A program made the position numbers and the translations under genes. 36,391 bases of DNA from an uncultured Gemmatimonadota bacterium (GTDB lineage: Bacteria; GCA-2686955), in assembly GCA_964490075.1 (NCBI GenBank), contig CAZBBK010000013.1, positions 62,001-98,391 on the forward strand, read 5' to 3'. The notes under the pieces were generated by a model. The model did no database searches. It was not told where the DNA came from and saw only the letters and a program-made list of their open reading frames with translations. Shown here in pieces: positions 16,923-26,730 of this stretch; position 1 is the first letter of the stretch, and each line of letters opens with the position of its first letter.

Positions 16923-18044
16923 TCAGCGCTCCGCCCGGATCTCGACCGCCTCGCCGTCGACCAGGCGCTGGTGGCCGACCACGATCAGACGATCGCCGGG
17001 GACCAGGCCCTCGACGATGCGCACCCGCTCGTCGACACGCTCGCCGACGCGCAGGGCGCGCTGCTGGGCCAGGCCGTTCTGCTCGACGAAGCCGAGCGCG
17101 GCGCCGCGCCGCACCACCACCGCCGACTGCGGGATCAGAATGGCGTCGGCGAGCTCTTCGCGCACCAGCTCGACGCGCACCGCGCTGCCGATCAGGGCTC
17201 CAGTCGCGGCGCTCAGCTCGACCTCGACCGGGTAGGTGCGGGTGCCGGGATCGGGAGCGACGGCGACCGAGCGCACCCGGGCGGGCCAGGCGCGGCTCGG
17301 ATCGTCGATCGGCTCGACGCGCGCGCTGTCGCCGGGCGCGACGGCGATCACCTCGCCGGCCGGCAGGCCGACGGTGATCCGCGGTGGGCCGCTGGAGACC
17401 AGCCGCGCCACCGGCTGTCCGGGGGCGATGGTGGCGCCGGGATCGGCGGCGAGGGCGGCGAGGACGCCCGGCCAGGGCGCCCGCACCACGGTCTCGCGAC
17501 GGGCGCGCAGCGCCGCGCGCAGGCTCGCCTCGGCATCGCGCCGGGAGGCGGCGGCGCTGCGCCTGGAGAGCTCGGCCTGGTCGCGCTGGGAGTCGGTCAG
17601 GTCGCCGGCGGCGTGCAGCTCGCGCACCCGCAGCCATTCGCGCTCGGCGTGCTCGGCGGCGGCCCGGGCGGCGTCGAGGCCGGCCTCGGCGCGCGTCACG
17701 CCGATCTCGGCCGGCTCGGGGTCGAAGCGCAGGATCGGATCCCCGGTCGCCAGGATGTCGCCGGTGTCGTGGAGCTGCTCGATCACCCGACCGCCGGTCT
17801 CCGAGGCGAGCCAGACGTCGTGCTCGGCGGCCAGAGCGCCGGTGGCGCGGATCAGCAGGGCGGCGGAGCCGGGTTGGACCCGCTCGACTTCGACGGCGCT
17901 GAGGGGGGTGGTCGTGGCGGCGGGCGGGTCGGCGTCGCCCTCGGCGCGGGTGTCGTGGGCGCAGCCGAGGAGCGAAAGGGCGGCGAGCAGGGCGACCGGA
18001 AGCAGAACGCGAGCGCCGGCGGTCGTCGTGGGATCGGGGATCAT
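16923..18044 (-). CDS. RND periplasmic adaptor (membrane fusion protein), lipoprotein
   Basis: Lipobox LLGC, alpha-hairpin, VRAPWPG, DPGTRTYPVEV and GLVPGDRLIVVG. Confidence 0.92.
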   Translation of the reverse strand: MIPDPTTTAGARVLLPVALLAALSLLGCAHDTRAEGDADPPAATTTPLSAVEVERVQPGSAALLIRATGALAAEHDVWLASETGGRVIEQLHDTGDILATGDPILRFDPEPAEIGVTRAEAGLDAARAAAEHAEREWLRVRELHAAGDLTDSQRDQAELSRRSAAASRRDAEASLRAALRARRETVVRAPWPGVLAALAADPGATIAPGQPVARLVSSGPPRITVGLPAGEVIAVAPGDSARVEPIDDPSRAWPARVRSVAVAPDPGTRTYPVEVELSAATGALIGSAVRVELVREELADAILIPQSAVVVRRGAALGFVEQNGLAQQRALRVGERVDERVRIVEGLVPGDRLIVVGHQRLVDGEAVEIRAER

Positions 18045-19507
18045 GGGTGGTCCTCTGCGGGTCCCGGCGGGACGCCGCTCGCCAGCTCCGAGAAACCGAG
18101 GAGGAAGCCGAGCGCGGCGGCCTCCAGGTAGTAGCCGGTGCGGTTCGAGATCGCTCCGAGCTCGGCCTCCAGGCAGGCCAGGCGGGCATCCTCCAGCTCC
18201 AGACGAGAGACGGCGCCCTGGACACGGCCGCGCTCGGCGGCGGCCAGCCCGCGGCGGGCGGCGGCGGCGGCCTTGGTGGCGTGCCCGCGGCGGCGGACGG
18301 CGGTGCGCAGTCGGGCGAGGTGCGTCACGAGCCGCTCGCGCTGGGCGCGACGCGCGTCATCGAGCCGGTGCCCTTCGGCGGCCTCACGGGCTCGGGCCTC
18401 GGCGCGGTCGAAGTAGCCGGTGGCGAAGGGAAGCAGCGGGAGCGAGACCACCAGCGACGCGCTCCATTCGGAGTAGTCGTCGAGGGCGATGGTCTCGTTG
18501 GCGCGCCAGCCGTAGCTGGCCCCGACAGCGACCGAGGGGAGCAGGGGGGCGCCGGCGGCGCGCGCCGCGGCGGCGGCGATGGCGCGCGCGGCCTCGGCGG
18601 CCCGCACCTCCGGGGCGGTGGCGCGTAGGCTCCGGGCCCAGGAGTCGACGACGCGCCCGGTGGTGTCGGCGAGGACGGTCTCGATGGGGCGCAGCTCGGG
18701 CAGGTCGCGTGCCTCGTCGAGGACCTCGATCGACTCACCGGGCGCCAGCGCCCTTCCCAGCAGACGCTCCAGTGCGGCGCGGGCCTCGACCTCGGCCGCC
18801 CGAGCCTCGGCCAGGTCGGCACGCGCGGCCGCGGCGGCGACCTCCCAGCGCAGCAGGTCGAGCTCGGTCCCGCTGCCCACCTCGAGACGGGTTGCCGCGC
18901 TGCGCCGGTAGTCGTCGACGCGGTCGACGTTGGCGCGCAGCACGGCGATCGTCTCGAGCGCCCGCCGCAGCGAGAGGAAGGCGCTTCGAGTCTCGAGCTC
19001 CGCGCGGCGGTCTTCGATCCGCTCCATCTGGTTCGCCAGGTCGCGCGCGCCCCGCGCCATCCCCAGCGCCCCCAGGCGGCTGCCGCCGGTGAAGAGCGCC
19101 CAGCTCAGCTCCAGCTCGCTGCGGTGGCTCTCGGCGAACACCCGCAGGTCGTCGAAGTCGCCGCCGGCCGACCGCGATTCGGGGGGCGGACCGAGCGAGT
19201 CGCCCGGCACCTGGGGCGCCGGGAAGAAGTCGATCCAGGAGTTGGCTCGCTCGACCGTCTCGGCGTCGAGGCGAGTGATCCGATGACGCGCGTCGAGCGA
19301 GGGCAGCCAGAGCGACCAGGCGCCCTGCTCGGCCGCGCGGGCGGCCTGCTCTTCGGCGCGGGCGGCGGCCAGCGCCGGATCGGAGCGTCGCGCTTCGGCG
19401 ATCGCGTCGGCGAGGGTCAACGCAAGCGCTTCCGGTGCCGCGCAGGTCGCCAGAACGAGGAGCGTCCGGGCGCTGCGTCCCATCCACCAGCCTCCCACGC
19501 CGATCAT
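18041..19507 (-). CDS. TolC-family outer membrane efflux protein
   Basis: LTLADAIAEA, LPSL, LFTGG and Ala/Arg-rich coiled coils. ATGA overlap with the MFP. Alternative start at 19483. Confidence 0.88.
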   Translation of the reverse strand: MIGVGGWWMGRSARTLLVLATCAAPEALALTLADAIAEARRSDPALAAARAEEQAARAAEQGAWSLWLPSLDARHRITRLDAETVERANSWIDFFPAPQVPGDSLGPPPESRSAGGDFDDLRVFAESHRSELELSWALFTGGSRLGALGMARGARDLANQMERIEDRRAELETRSAFLSLRRALETIAVLRANVDRVDDYRRSAATRLEVGSGTELDLLRWEVAAAAARADLAEARAAEVEARAALERLLGRALAPGESIEVLDEARDLPELRPIETVLADTTGRVVDSWARSLRATAPEVRAAEAARAIAAAAARAAGAPLLPSVAVGASYGWRANETIALDDYSEWSASLVVSLPLLPFATGYFDRAEARAREAAEGHRLDDARRAQRERLVTHLARLRTAVRRRGHATKAAAAARRGLAAAERGRVQGAVSRLELEDARLACLEAELGAISNRTGYYLEAAALGFLLGFSELASGVPPGPAEDHP

Positions 19508-19533
19508 CGTCTAGGTGCTCCTTGCCGGGGCGC

Positions 19534-20523
19534 TCAGACCGCCCTGGCTTCCTCGTCCAACTCCCCGAACTCCTTGGCGAAATAGGTCAGGATCAGGTCG
19601 GCCCCGGCCCGCTTGATCGCCGTCAGCGACTCCACCATCACCCGCGTTCCGTCGACCCAGCCGGCGCGCGCCGCCGCCTTCACCATGGCGTACTCCCCGC
19701 TCACCTGGTAGGCGGCGAGCGGCAGCTCTTCGTAGCGCATCCGGACCCGGTGCAGCACGTCGAGATAGGGCAGGGCCGGCTTCACCATGAGCATGTCGGC
19801 GCCTTCCTCCACGTCTAGGTCGACCTCGCGCAGCGCCTCGCGGGCGTTGGCCGGGTCGAGCTGATAGGCGCGCCGGTCGCCGAAGGCCGGGGCCGAATCG
19901 GCGGCGTCGCGGAAGGGGCCGTAGAAGGCCGACGCGAACTTGGCTGCATAGCTCAAGATCGCCACCTGGTCGAAGCCGGCCTCGTCGAGTGCCGCGCGGA
20001 TCCGCGCCACCCGGCCGTCCATCATGTCGGAGGGGGCGATGATGTCGGCGCCGGCCGCCGCCTGCGAGACGGCGGTGCGGGCCAGCAGCTCCAGGGTCGG
20101 ATCGTTGAGCACCGTCTCGCCTTCCACGACTCCGCAGTGGCCGTGGTCGGTGTACTCGCAGAGGCAGACGTCGGTGATCACCGTCAGATCCGGCGCCAGC
20201 TCCTTGACGCGCTTCACGGCCTGCTGCACCACGCCCTCGGCGGCGTAGGCGCCCGATCCGCGCGCGTCCTTGTGCGCCGGGATGCCGAACAGGATCACCG
20301 CGCCGATGCCGGCTTCGACCACCGCTTCGATTTCCTGCTCGAGGCGGTCGACCGAGGACCGGAACACTCCGGGCATCGACGCAACCTCCTCGCGCACCCC
20401 GGTCGCCTCCACGATGAAGAGCGGGTCGATCAGGTCGGCGGTGGTGACTCGGGTTTCGCGGACCAGGCGGCGCAGGCCGGCGCTGCGGCGCAGGCGGCGG
20501 GGACGGTCGATGGGGAAGGGCAT
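19534..20523 (-). CDS. hemB: Porphobilinogen synthase
   Basis: Zn site [35 protein letters not shown] and AYQVSGEY. Confidence 0.98.
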   Translation of the reverse strand: MPFPIDRPRRLRRSAGLRRLVRETRVTTADLIDPLFIVEATGVREEVASMPGVFRSSVDRLEQEIEAVVEAGIGAVILFGIPAHKDARGSGAYAAEGVVQQAVKRVKELAPDLTVITDVCLCEYTDHGHCGVVEGETVLNDPTLELLARTAVSQAAAGADIIAPSDMMDGRVARIRAALDEAGFDQVAILSYAAKFASAFYGPFRDAADSAPAFGDRRAYQLDPANAREALREVDLDVEEGADMLMVKPALPYLDVLHRVRMRYEELPLAAYQVSGEYAMVKAAARAGWVDGTRVMVESLTAIKRAGADLILTYFAKEFGELDEEARAV

Positions 20524-20556
20524 GGCGAATCGCGAATTGGGTGGCGGATTGTGGTG

Positions 20557-21315
20557 CTACTCGCCGCCCAAGCGTTCGGCCGCCGCCCGCAGCAGAGCAT
20601 CGAAGGTGCTGCGCGCCGCGACCACGCCGGCCGGCAGACCGCGGGATTGTAGCGCCTGCGCCGTGCTGGGACCGATCGCGGCGACCAGCGCTGCGCCGTA
20701 CAGCGCCCGGAAGCGCTCGGCTCCGACTGTGCCCAAGAGTCCCTCCGCGGCCGTGGGAGAGGCCACCAGGAAGGCGTCGACCATGCCCAGACGTTCCAGC
20801 TCGTGCCTTTCAATGCTGCGCGCACGCGATTGATAGGCAACGACTTCGCTGACCGGCACGGACGCTTCGGCGAGCAGCGCCGGCAGATCGGCCAGCGCTC
20901 GGTCGGAGCGCGGCAGCAGTACCCGCGTGTGCTCCGGCGTCGCGAGGGTGGCCAGGAGCGCCCGACCCAGCGCCGCGCCGCCGTGCCGCTCGGGCACCAG
21001 ATCGACCGCCCCGCCGGCCTTGGCCAGGCGCCGCGCCGTCGCGGGCCCCACCGCTCCCAGCCGAGGGCCCGTCGGCCCGCCCAGCTCGATCCCGGCGGCG
21101 ACCAGAGCGTCGACCGCGCGGGCGCTGGTGAAGAGCACCCAGTCGTAGCTCCGCCAGTCGGCCAACGCCCGCCGCAGCGGCCGCGGGTCATCCGGCGGCC
21201 CGATCTCGACCGCCGGCAGTGCCAGCGCCTCGCCCCCCAGGCGGGCGATGGCGCGTGCCGCCGCCGGCTGGCCGTCGGCCGGCCGGGTCACCACGATCCG
21301 GCGCCCGCTCAGCAT
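20557..21315 (-). CDS. hemD: Uroporphyrinogen-III synthase
   Basis: MLSGRRIVVTRP, YDWVLFTSARAV, AVGPATA and AIGPSTA. Lies between hemC and hemB. Confidence 0.92.
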   Translation of the reverse strand: MLSGRRIVVTRPADGQPAAARAIARLGGEALALPAVEIGPPDDPRPLRRALADWRSYDWVLFTSARAVDALVAAGIELGGPTGPRLGAVGPATARRLAKAGGAVDLVPERHGGAALGRALLATLATPEHTRVLLPRSDRALADLPALLAEASVPVSEVVAYQSRARSIERHELERLGMVDAFLVASPTAAEGLLGTVGAERFRALYGAALVAAIGPSTAQALQSRGLPAGVVAARSTFDALLRAAAERLGGE

Positions 21316-22247
21316 CGCGCCGCCTCGATCCACTCCCCGGCGCCGCGCTCCAGCAGCACGCCCGCCAGCTGCCGCCCCAACTCCTCGGCCGCCGCCGCCC
21401 GGCCCTCGATGCCGTCGCGCGCCACGCCGCGCCCCTCCAGCTCCGCCACGCAGCCCTCGAGCCGCAGCCGCCCCCCCTCGACGCGGGCCAGGGCCCCCAC
21501 CGGGGCGTGACAGCCGCCGCGCAGCTCCTGGAGGAAGGCGCGCTCCGCGGCCACCGCCGCCGCCGTGGGCACGTCGTGCAACGCCGCCAGCTCCGCCGCC
21601 ACCGCTCGGTCTCCGGCCCGGCACTCGATCGCCAGCGCCCCCTGGCCCGGCGCCGGCAGCATGCGCCGCAGGTCGAGCGCGCAGGCGATCCGCGCGCCGA
21701 GACCCAGGCGCAGCAACCCCGCCTCGGCCAGCACCACGCCGTCGAGCACCACGCCGTCCGGGCCGGGTTGCTCCACCCTGCGCAGGCGGGTCGGCACGTT
21801 GCCGCGGATCGGCACCATGCGCAGATCGCCGCGCCAGGCCAGGAGCTGCGCGCGTCGCCGCGGCGATCCGGTCCCCAGCGCCGCCCCCCGCGGCAGATCC
21901 TCGAGCGCCCGCGCCCCCGGCGCGACGAGCACGTCGCGCACCGGCCCGCGCGGCGGCACCGCGGCCAGCGCGATCCCTTCGGCGCGCACCGTCTCCAGGT
22001 CCTTCATGCTGTGCACCACCAGGTCGACCTCGCCGGCCAGCAGCCGTTCCTGCACCTCGCGCACGAACACGCCCTGGGTGCCGACCGCGGCGATCGGACG
22101 ATCGGTGACGCGGTCGCCGCGGGTGCGGATGGTCACCAGCTCCACCTCACGCCCGCCGAGGCGCGTCAATTCCCCCGCTACCCAGCGCGCCTGCCAGAGT
22201 GCCAGGTCCGATCCGCGGGTGCCGACGCGCAGTGCCTTTCGATCCAT
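21309..22247 (-). CDS. hemC: Hydroxymethylbilane synthase
   Basis: VGTRGSDLALWQA, VHSMKD, GTGSPRR, RGNVPTRL, PAPGQGAL and GGCHAP. Start at ATG 22247 (MDRKALRV). Confidence 0.97.
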   Translation of the reverse strand: MDRKALRVGTRGSDLALWQARWVAGELTRLGGREVELVTIRTRGDRVTDRPIAAVGTQGVFVREVQERLLAGEVDLVVHSMKDLETVRAEGIALAAVPPRGPVRDVLVAPGARALEDLPRGAALGTGSPRRRAQLLAWRGDLRMVPIRGNVPTRLRRVEQPGPDGVVLDGVVLAEAGLLRLGLGARIACALDLRRMLPAPGQGALAIECRAGDRAVAAELAALHDVPTAAAVAAERAFLQELRGGCHAPVGALARVEGGRLRLEGCVAELEGRGVARDGIEGRAAAAEELGRQLAGVLLERGAGEWIEAARC

Positions 22248-22324
22248 CTCGGTTCCATTCGCGCCACGTCGAGCGCGTCGTCTGACGCATCGTTTGACGC
22301 GCGTTTCAGTGCTCCGCGGGTGCG

Positions 22325-23683
22325 TCAAACGCGGTCTATGCCGCTCCTGGTCCGCTCGCCGGCGCCGTCGGAAAGGCCGCTGCGGCCGTTGGCGCCGCCC
22401 GGGCCGCTCTCGCCGAGCGCGAAGAGATAACGCAGCGCCTCGACGAAGCGTCGTGCCCCGCGCTCGCCGGCCGCCGCTTCTTTGAGTCGCACGGTGGGGT
22501 CGTGCAGCAGCTTGGTGACGATCGAGTGGCCCAGATGACGCACCGCCTTCTGGTCGGCCGCCGACAGGCCCTCGATGCGCCGCAGCACTTTCTCGACCTC
22601 GGTCTCGGCGACGTCGTGGCCGTGCTGGCGCAGCATGGCGATGGCCGGAACGACGCGGCGCTCGTCGAGCCAGCGGTGGAAGAGCCCCGCCTCGTCCTCC
22701 ACGATCCGCTCCGCCTGGGCCGCTTCGGCCTGGCGCGAGGCCTCGCCGTCGCGCACCACGTTGCGCAGATGGTCGATGTGATAGAGGAAGACGTTGTAGA
22801 GGCCGCCCACCGCGGGATCGACGTCGCGCGGCACGGCGATGTCGACGATGAAGAGCGGCCGATTGCGGCGCTGCTTCATCGCGCTGCGTACCATGGCGAC
22901 GTCGAGGATCGCCTTGCTGGCGGCGGTCGACGTGGTCACCAGGTCGGCCCGCGTCAGGGCTCCGGCCACGCCCTCGAGATCGATGATCTCGCCGAGGGCG
23001 CGCGGCATCGCAGCGAGCAAGCGCTCTGCCCGCTCGCGGCTGCGGTTGGCGACGATCACCCCTCCTACCTCGGCGTCGACCAGGTAGCGGGCGATCTGCT
23101 TGGCCATCTCGCCGGCCCCGATCACCAGTGCCCGGCGGCGCTCCAGCGAGCCGAAGAGCTTGCGCGCCAGGTCGACCGCCGCCGACGCCACCGAAGTGGT
23201 CGACTGGCCGATGGCGGTCTCGGTGCGCACCCTCTTGCCGGTCTCGACCGCGACCGCGAAGAGGCGGTTGAAGCTGGGGCCGGTCCAGCCGCGGTCGCGC
23301 GCGAACTCGTGCGCCTCGCGCACCTGGCGCAGGATCTCCGACTCGCCCAGGACCATCGAGTCGAGGCTGGCCGCCACGCGCAGCAGATGACGCGTCGTCG
23401 CCGGACCGGTGGCGTGGTAGGAGTGGGCGCGCACGGTCTCGATCGCGACCCCGTGGAAGTCGGCGAAGAAGCGCTCCAGAACCTGCCGACCTTCGTCGTC
23501 CTCCCCCGGCAGCATGGCGTAGAGCTCGGCACGGTTGCAGGTCGACAGGATCACCCGCTCGTCGGCGCCGCGCCCGGCGAGCTCCTCGCCGGCACGCCGC
23601 AGGGCGTCGCCGTCGAAGCTGAAGCGTTCGCGCAGGTCGACCGGCGTGGTGCGGTGGTTCAGGCCGAAGAGGTGCAGGCGCAT
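22325..23683 (-). CDS. hemA: Glutamyl-tRNA reductase
   Basis: GLNHRTTPVDLRE, STCNRAE, SLDSMVLGE, IGAGEM and DIAVPRD. Start at ATG 23683. Confidence 0.97.
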   Translation of the reverse strand: MRLHLFGLNHRTTPVDLRERFSFDGDALRRAGEELAGRGADERVILSTCNRAELYAMLPGEDDEGRQVLERFFADFHGVAIETVRAHSYHATGPATTRHLLRVAASLDSMVLGESEILRQVREAHEFARDRGWTGPSFNRLFAVAVETGKRVRTETAIGQSTTSVASAAVDLARKLFGSLERRRALVIGAGEMAKQIARYLVDAEVGGVIVANRSRERAERLLAAMPRALGEIIDLEGVAGALTRADLVTTSTAASKAILDVAMVRSAMKQRRNRPLFIVDIAVPRDVDPAVGGLYNVFLYHIDHLRNVVRDGEASRQAEAAQAERIVEDEAGLFHRWLDERRVVPAIAMLRQHGHDVAETEVEKVLRRIEGLSAADQKAVRHLGHSIVTKLLHDPTVRLKEAAAGERGARRFVEALRYLFALGESGPGGANGRSGLSDGAGERTRSGIDRV

Positions 23684-23688
23684 CGGCG

Positions 23689-24534
23689 TCACCGGAAGCT
23701 GTGGAAGCCGGATGCGAGCGGCCCCGCGCCGATATGGGTCGCCAGCACCACCGCGAAGCCGACCAGCGAAGTCCACGCCGAGCGCGGGCCCTGCCAGCCC
23801 AGCAGCGGGCGGCTCAGGAGGTATGCGGCATAGGTCACCCATGCACAGGCAGCGACGATCGTCTTCGGGTCGGTCAGCCAGACGCCGCGCGCCTCACCCG
23901 CCGCCCACAGCGCCCCGGAGAGCAGACCGATGCTGAGGGCCGGCCAGCCGATCTGCACGCCGCGATGGGTCATGCGGTCGAGCGTGCCGAGATCGGGAAA
24001 GCGCTGGAATACCAGGCCCATGTCGGCCCGGGCCAGGGTCCGCTGCAGCAGCACCAGCATCAGCGCCGTGGTGGCGCTGAAGGTGAACGCGGCGTAGGCC
24101 ACCAGCGTCGACAAGACGTGGGCGCTGAACCAGGCGCTGGCGAAGAGCTCCAGCGGCGGCTCCGCGGCGGCGCCGGCGCGGGTATCGAGCAGCACCGCCG
24201 TCGCGTAGAAGGCCGCCGCCAGCGGCGCCATGAAGAGGCCGAAAGCGCGGTTGCGGAACAGGCCTTCGAGCGGCACGTAGACCAGCACCACCGAGAGCGC
24301 GAAGAGCGACAGGAACCCGGCTTCGGTGGTGACCGGACAGCGCAGCACTCCTTGCCCGCCGCCGAGCAGCGCCACCAGGTGCAGCCCCGCCCCGCTCGCC
24401 AGGGCGGCGGTCGCCAGCCAGCCCGTGGCGCGGGCGCCGCGGGCGAAATGCGCGGCGTAGGCAGCCGTGCCCGCGAGGTACAGGAGCGGTGGAGCGAACA
24501 GAGTCAACAGGGAGTCTCTCCGGTGGGCCGACAA
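23689..24534 (-). CDS. CcsA/HemX-like cytochrome c assembly family membrane protein
   Basis: About 8 TM helices, with HV, GALWA and W.TDPK motifs. Located immediately upstream of hemA. The start could instead be TTG 24507. Confidence 0.88.
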   Translation of the reverse strand: MSAHRRDSLLTLFAPPLLYLAGTAAYAAHFARGARATGWLATAALASGAGLHLVALLGGGQGVLRCPVTTEAGFLSLFALSVVLVYVPLEGLFRNRAFGLFMAPLAAAFYATAVLLDTRAGAAAEPPLELFASAWFSAHVLSTLVAYAAFTFSATTALMLVLLQRTLARADMGLVFQRFPDLGTLDRMTHRGVQIGWPALSIGLLSGALWAAGEARGVWLTDPKTIVAACAWVTYAAYLLSRPLLGWQGPRSAWTSLVGFAVVLATHIGAGPLASGFHSFR

Positions 24535-24588
24535 CCCCCGTTCCTAGCACGCGGTGCTCGGGGAGTCAAATCGGATGAGGCCTGGTGC

Positions 24589-26612
24589 TCAGTCGCTGGA
24601 AATCACCAGGTTGTCGAACCCGACGTGCACCGGGCGGTCCGCGAAGGCGAACTCCACGATGCCGTAGAGCTCCTCCCAGGCCGGCACCCGCCCCTGGATG
24701 ATCGGCGCGCCGTCCAGGTCGACCTGGACCTCGTTTTCGCGCAGCTGAAACCTCACGTGGTGCCATTCGCCGAGGGTGAAGGGCTGCGCGTGCTCACCCA
24801 CCAGGCGATCCTCCATGTCGGGCACGTGCACTTTGAGCGACACTCCGTCGGGCGTGAAGTGCATCACGAATCCGGTCTTGGCCCAGGGCATCCAGGCCGC
24901 CCGAACGTCGACCGAACCGGCCCAGAGATTCAGATCGAGCTCGACCGCCTGCTTGCCCCGCGGACTGCCGATCACCGCACAGGTGCCGGTGATCCAGTTG
25001 TCGTCCATCACCTGGGTGGTGTCGACGGCGTAGCCGTAGAGCATGTGGTTGAGCGGATCGAGAGGATCGGTACCGCGCTTCCAGTTCCAGATCGCCGGGT
25101 CGGTGTAGGCGATGAAGAGCCGGCTTCCGGAAACCTCGCGGTCCTCGAAGTCGTCTTGGTAGTAGGTGGTGTCCGGCTCCCAGGGGATGTCGATGTCGCG
25201 CAGGCGACGCGCTTCGTTGAGCATGGCGGTCGACTGCTGGAGAGTCCTCGAGCTGTCGTCCGCGGCGAGATTGAAGAGCTCCTCCGGGTCCTGGACCAGG
25301 TCGTAGAGCTCCAGCTTGGAGCTGAGACGCAAACCTCTCCCGGCGTGGATCAGCTTCTCTCCATGACGCACGGCGGCACGGAAGTTGGCGGTAGCTCCGA
25401 GAGCCGCGGGTTGGCCGTAGCCGCCGCTGAACAGGCTTAGCCCCTGGGCCTGCGCCGGCACCGGAAGGCTGAGGAAATCCAGAGTCGAGGGCATGAGGTC
25501 GACGTGGGAGATGGTGAAGTCGACCCAGATGCCATGAAAGCCGGGGTGTTGGCTCAGCCAGGCTTCCGGCAGCCAGATCACCATCGGTACATGGTTGTTT
25601 CCTTCGTAAAAGGTGTTGTGACAGAAGTAGCGTCCGTGCTCGCCCGCCAGCAGCTCGCCGTGGTCGGCGGTGAGGATCACCAGCGTGGAGTCGAGGATGC
25701 CGCGGCTCTCGAGCCCCTGGAAGATGCGCGAGAGCTCGAAGTCGGACTGCGCGATCATGGCGTCGTACTGGGCCACGTAGTAGTCCATGTCGAGAATGCC
25801 GTCGCGCGCCACGCCCGCGGTGATGCCGCCCACGCAGCTCTGAGTGGTGAACCCGGGAGCGTCGCCGAGCCCCTGGTAGAACTCGTCATCGACGAAGAGC
25901 GAGTCGAACGCGGCGATCGCGGTGTAGGGGCTGTGGGCGGCGTAGTACTGCACGTGCGCGAAGAAGGGCTGGCGCGTGGTGTCGGCATCGAGGAACTCGA
26001 AGAAGCTGTTGGTCACCAGCGAATCCGGGCGGCTGAAGACTCGCGACCAATCAACCCCTTGTCCAGGTTGCGATCCAGCCCCAGCACCACCGGATTGCTG
26101 GACAGCATGCAGGTGCGGTAGCTCTGTGCCTTCAACAGCTCCGCGGTGGTCTGCCAATGATCATCGAGCCGAATCGCCTGGGTGAACATCTTGTGGGTGT
26201 GCACGGTGAGCGAGGTCACGATCGATGCGACGCCGGGAACCGTCCAATCGCCGCTGGCCGAGCAATGGCCGAAGACGATGGCCTGGTCGGCGATCGAATC
26301 GACGAAGGGGGTGGTCGCGCGCGGGTAGCCGTAGAGGCTCAGATGATCCGCCCGAGTCGTGTCCCAGACGATCTGCAGCACGTTGTAGCGCTGCATCTCC
26401 TGGGTCCGAACGATTCCGGCGCCGAGCGCCTCCCACTGCTCTTGGGAGAGGACCTGGAGCCCCGGAAGGGGTGCCACCGCGGCCGAGGGCGCGGCTCTTT
26501 CGCCTTCGGCGGGAACGCGCTGCATCATGGGCTGCTCGGCATTGGCCGGTGCGGCCAGGGCGAGGGTGGTCAGCAAGGCCAGGGCAGAGACCCGCTCTCT
26601 CTTCTCGATCAT
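24589..26612 (-). pseudogene. Sulfatase-like (alkaline phosphatase superfamily) exported hydrolase split by a 1-nt frameshift (pseudogene or sequence error)
   Basis: The N-terminal half (signal peptide, NVLQIVWDTTRADHLSLYGY, WTVPGVAS) and the C-terminal half (PFFAHVQYYAAHSPY, TADHGE, HVPMVI, ELYDL..DPEE) are in different frames. They join at GGG TT^G ATT GG (26052-26054), where one added base gives NLDKGFDWSR and a 674-aa ORF. Confidence 0.85.
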
Positions 26613-26730
26613 CGGACGACTCTCCGGCGGCGTCTGTATCGCCGCGCCACGTGGAGCTGGGAAGGGAAGCACACAAGAACAACCTAACACGGTGCGCGCC
26701 GACTCCAAACGCGCCCTTCCGCCTTCGCTG

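Noticed and set aside
13741-19092. Long plus-strand ORFs (1164 aa, 618 aa) and similar antisense or alternate-frame ORFs across the window
   Set aside because: These are shadow ORFs of high-GC genes. They lie opposite well-supported genes, have Arg/Ala/Gly/Pro-biased or mirror composition, and show no family motifs.
22248-22327. Sec read-through of the hemA TGA, suggested by the adjacent hairpin
   Set aside because: HemA is already complete, the position is not a conserved Cys, and read-through does not enter the hemC frame.
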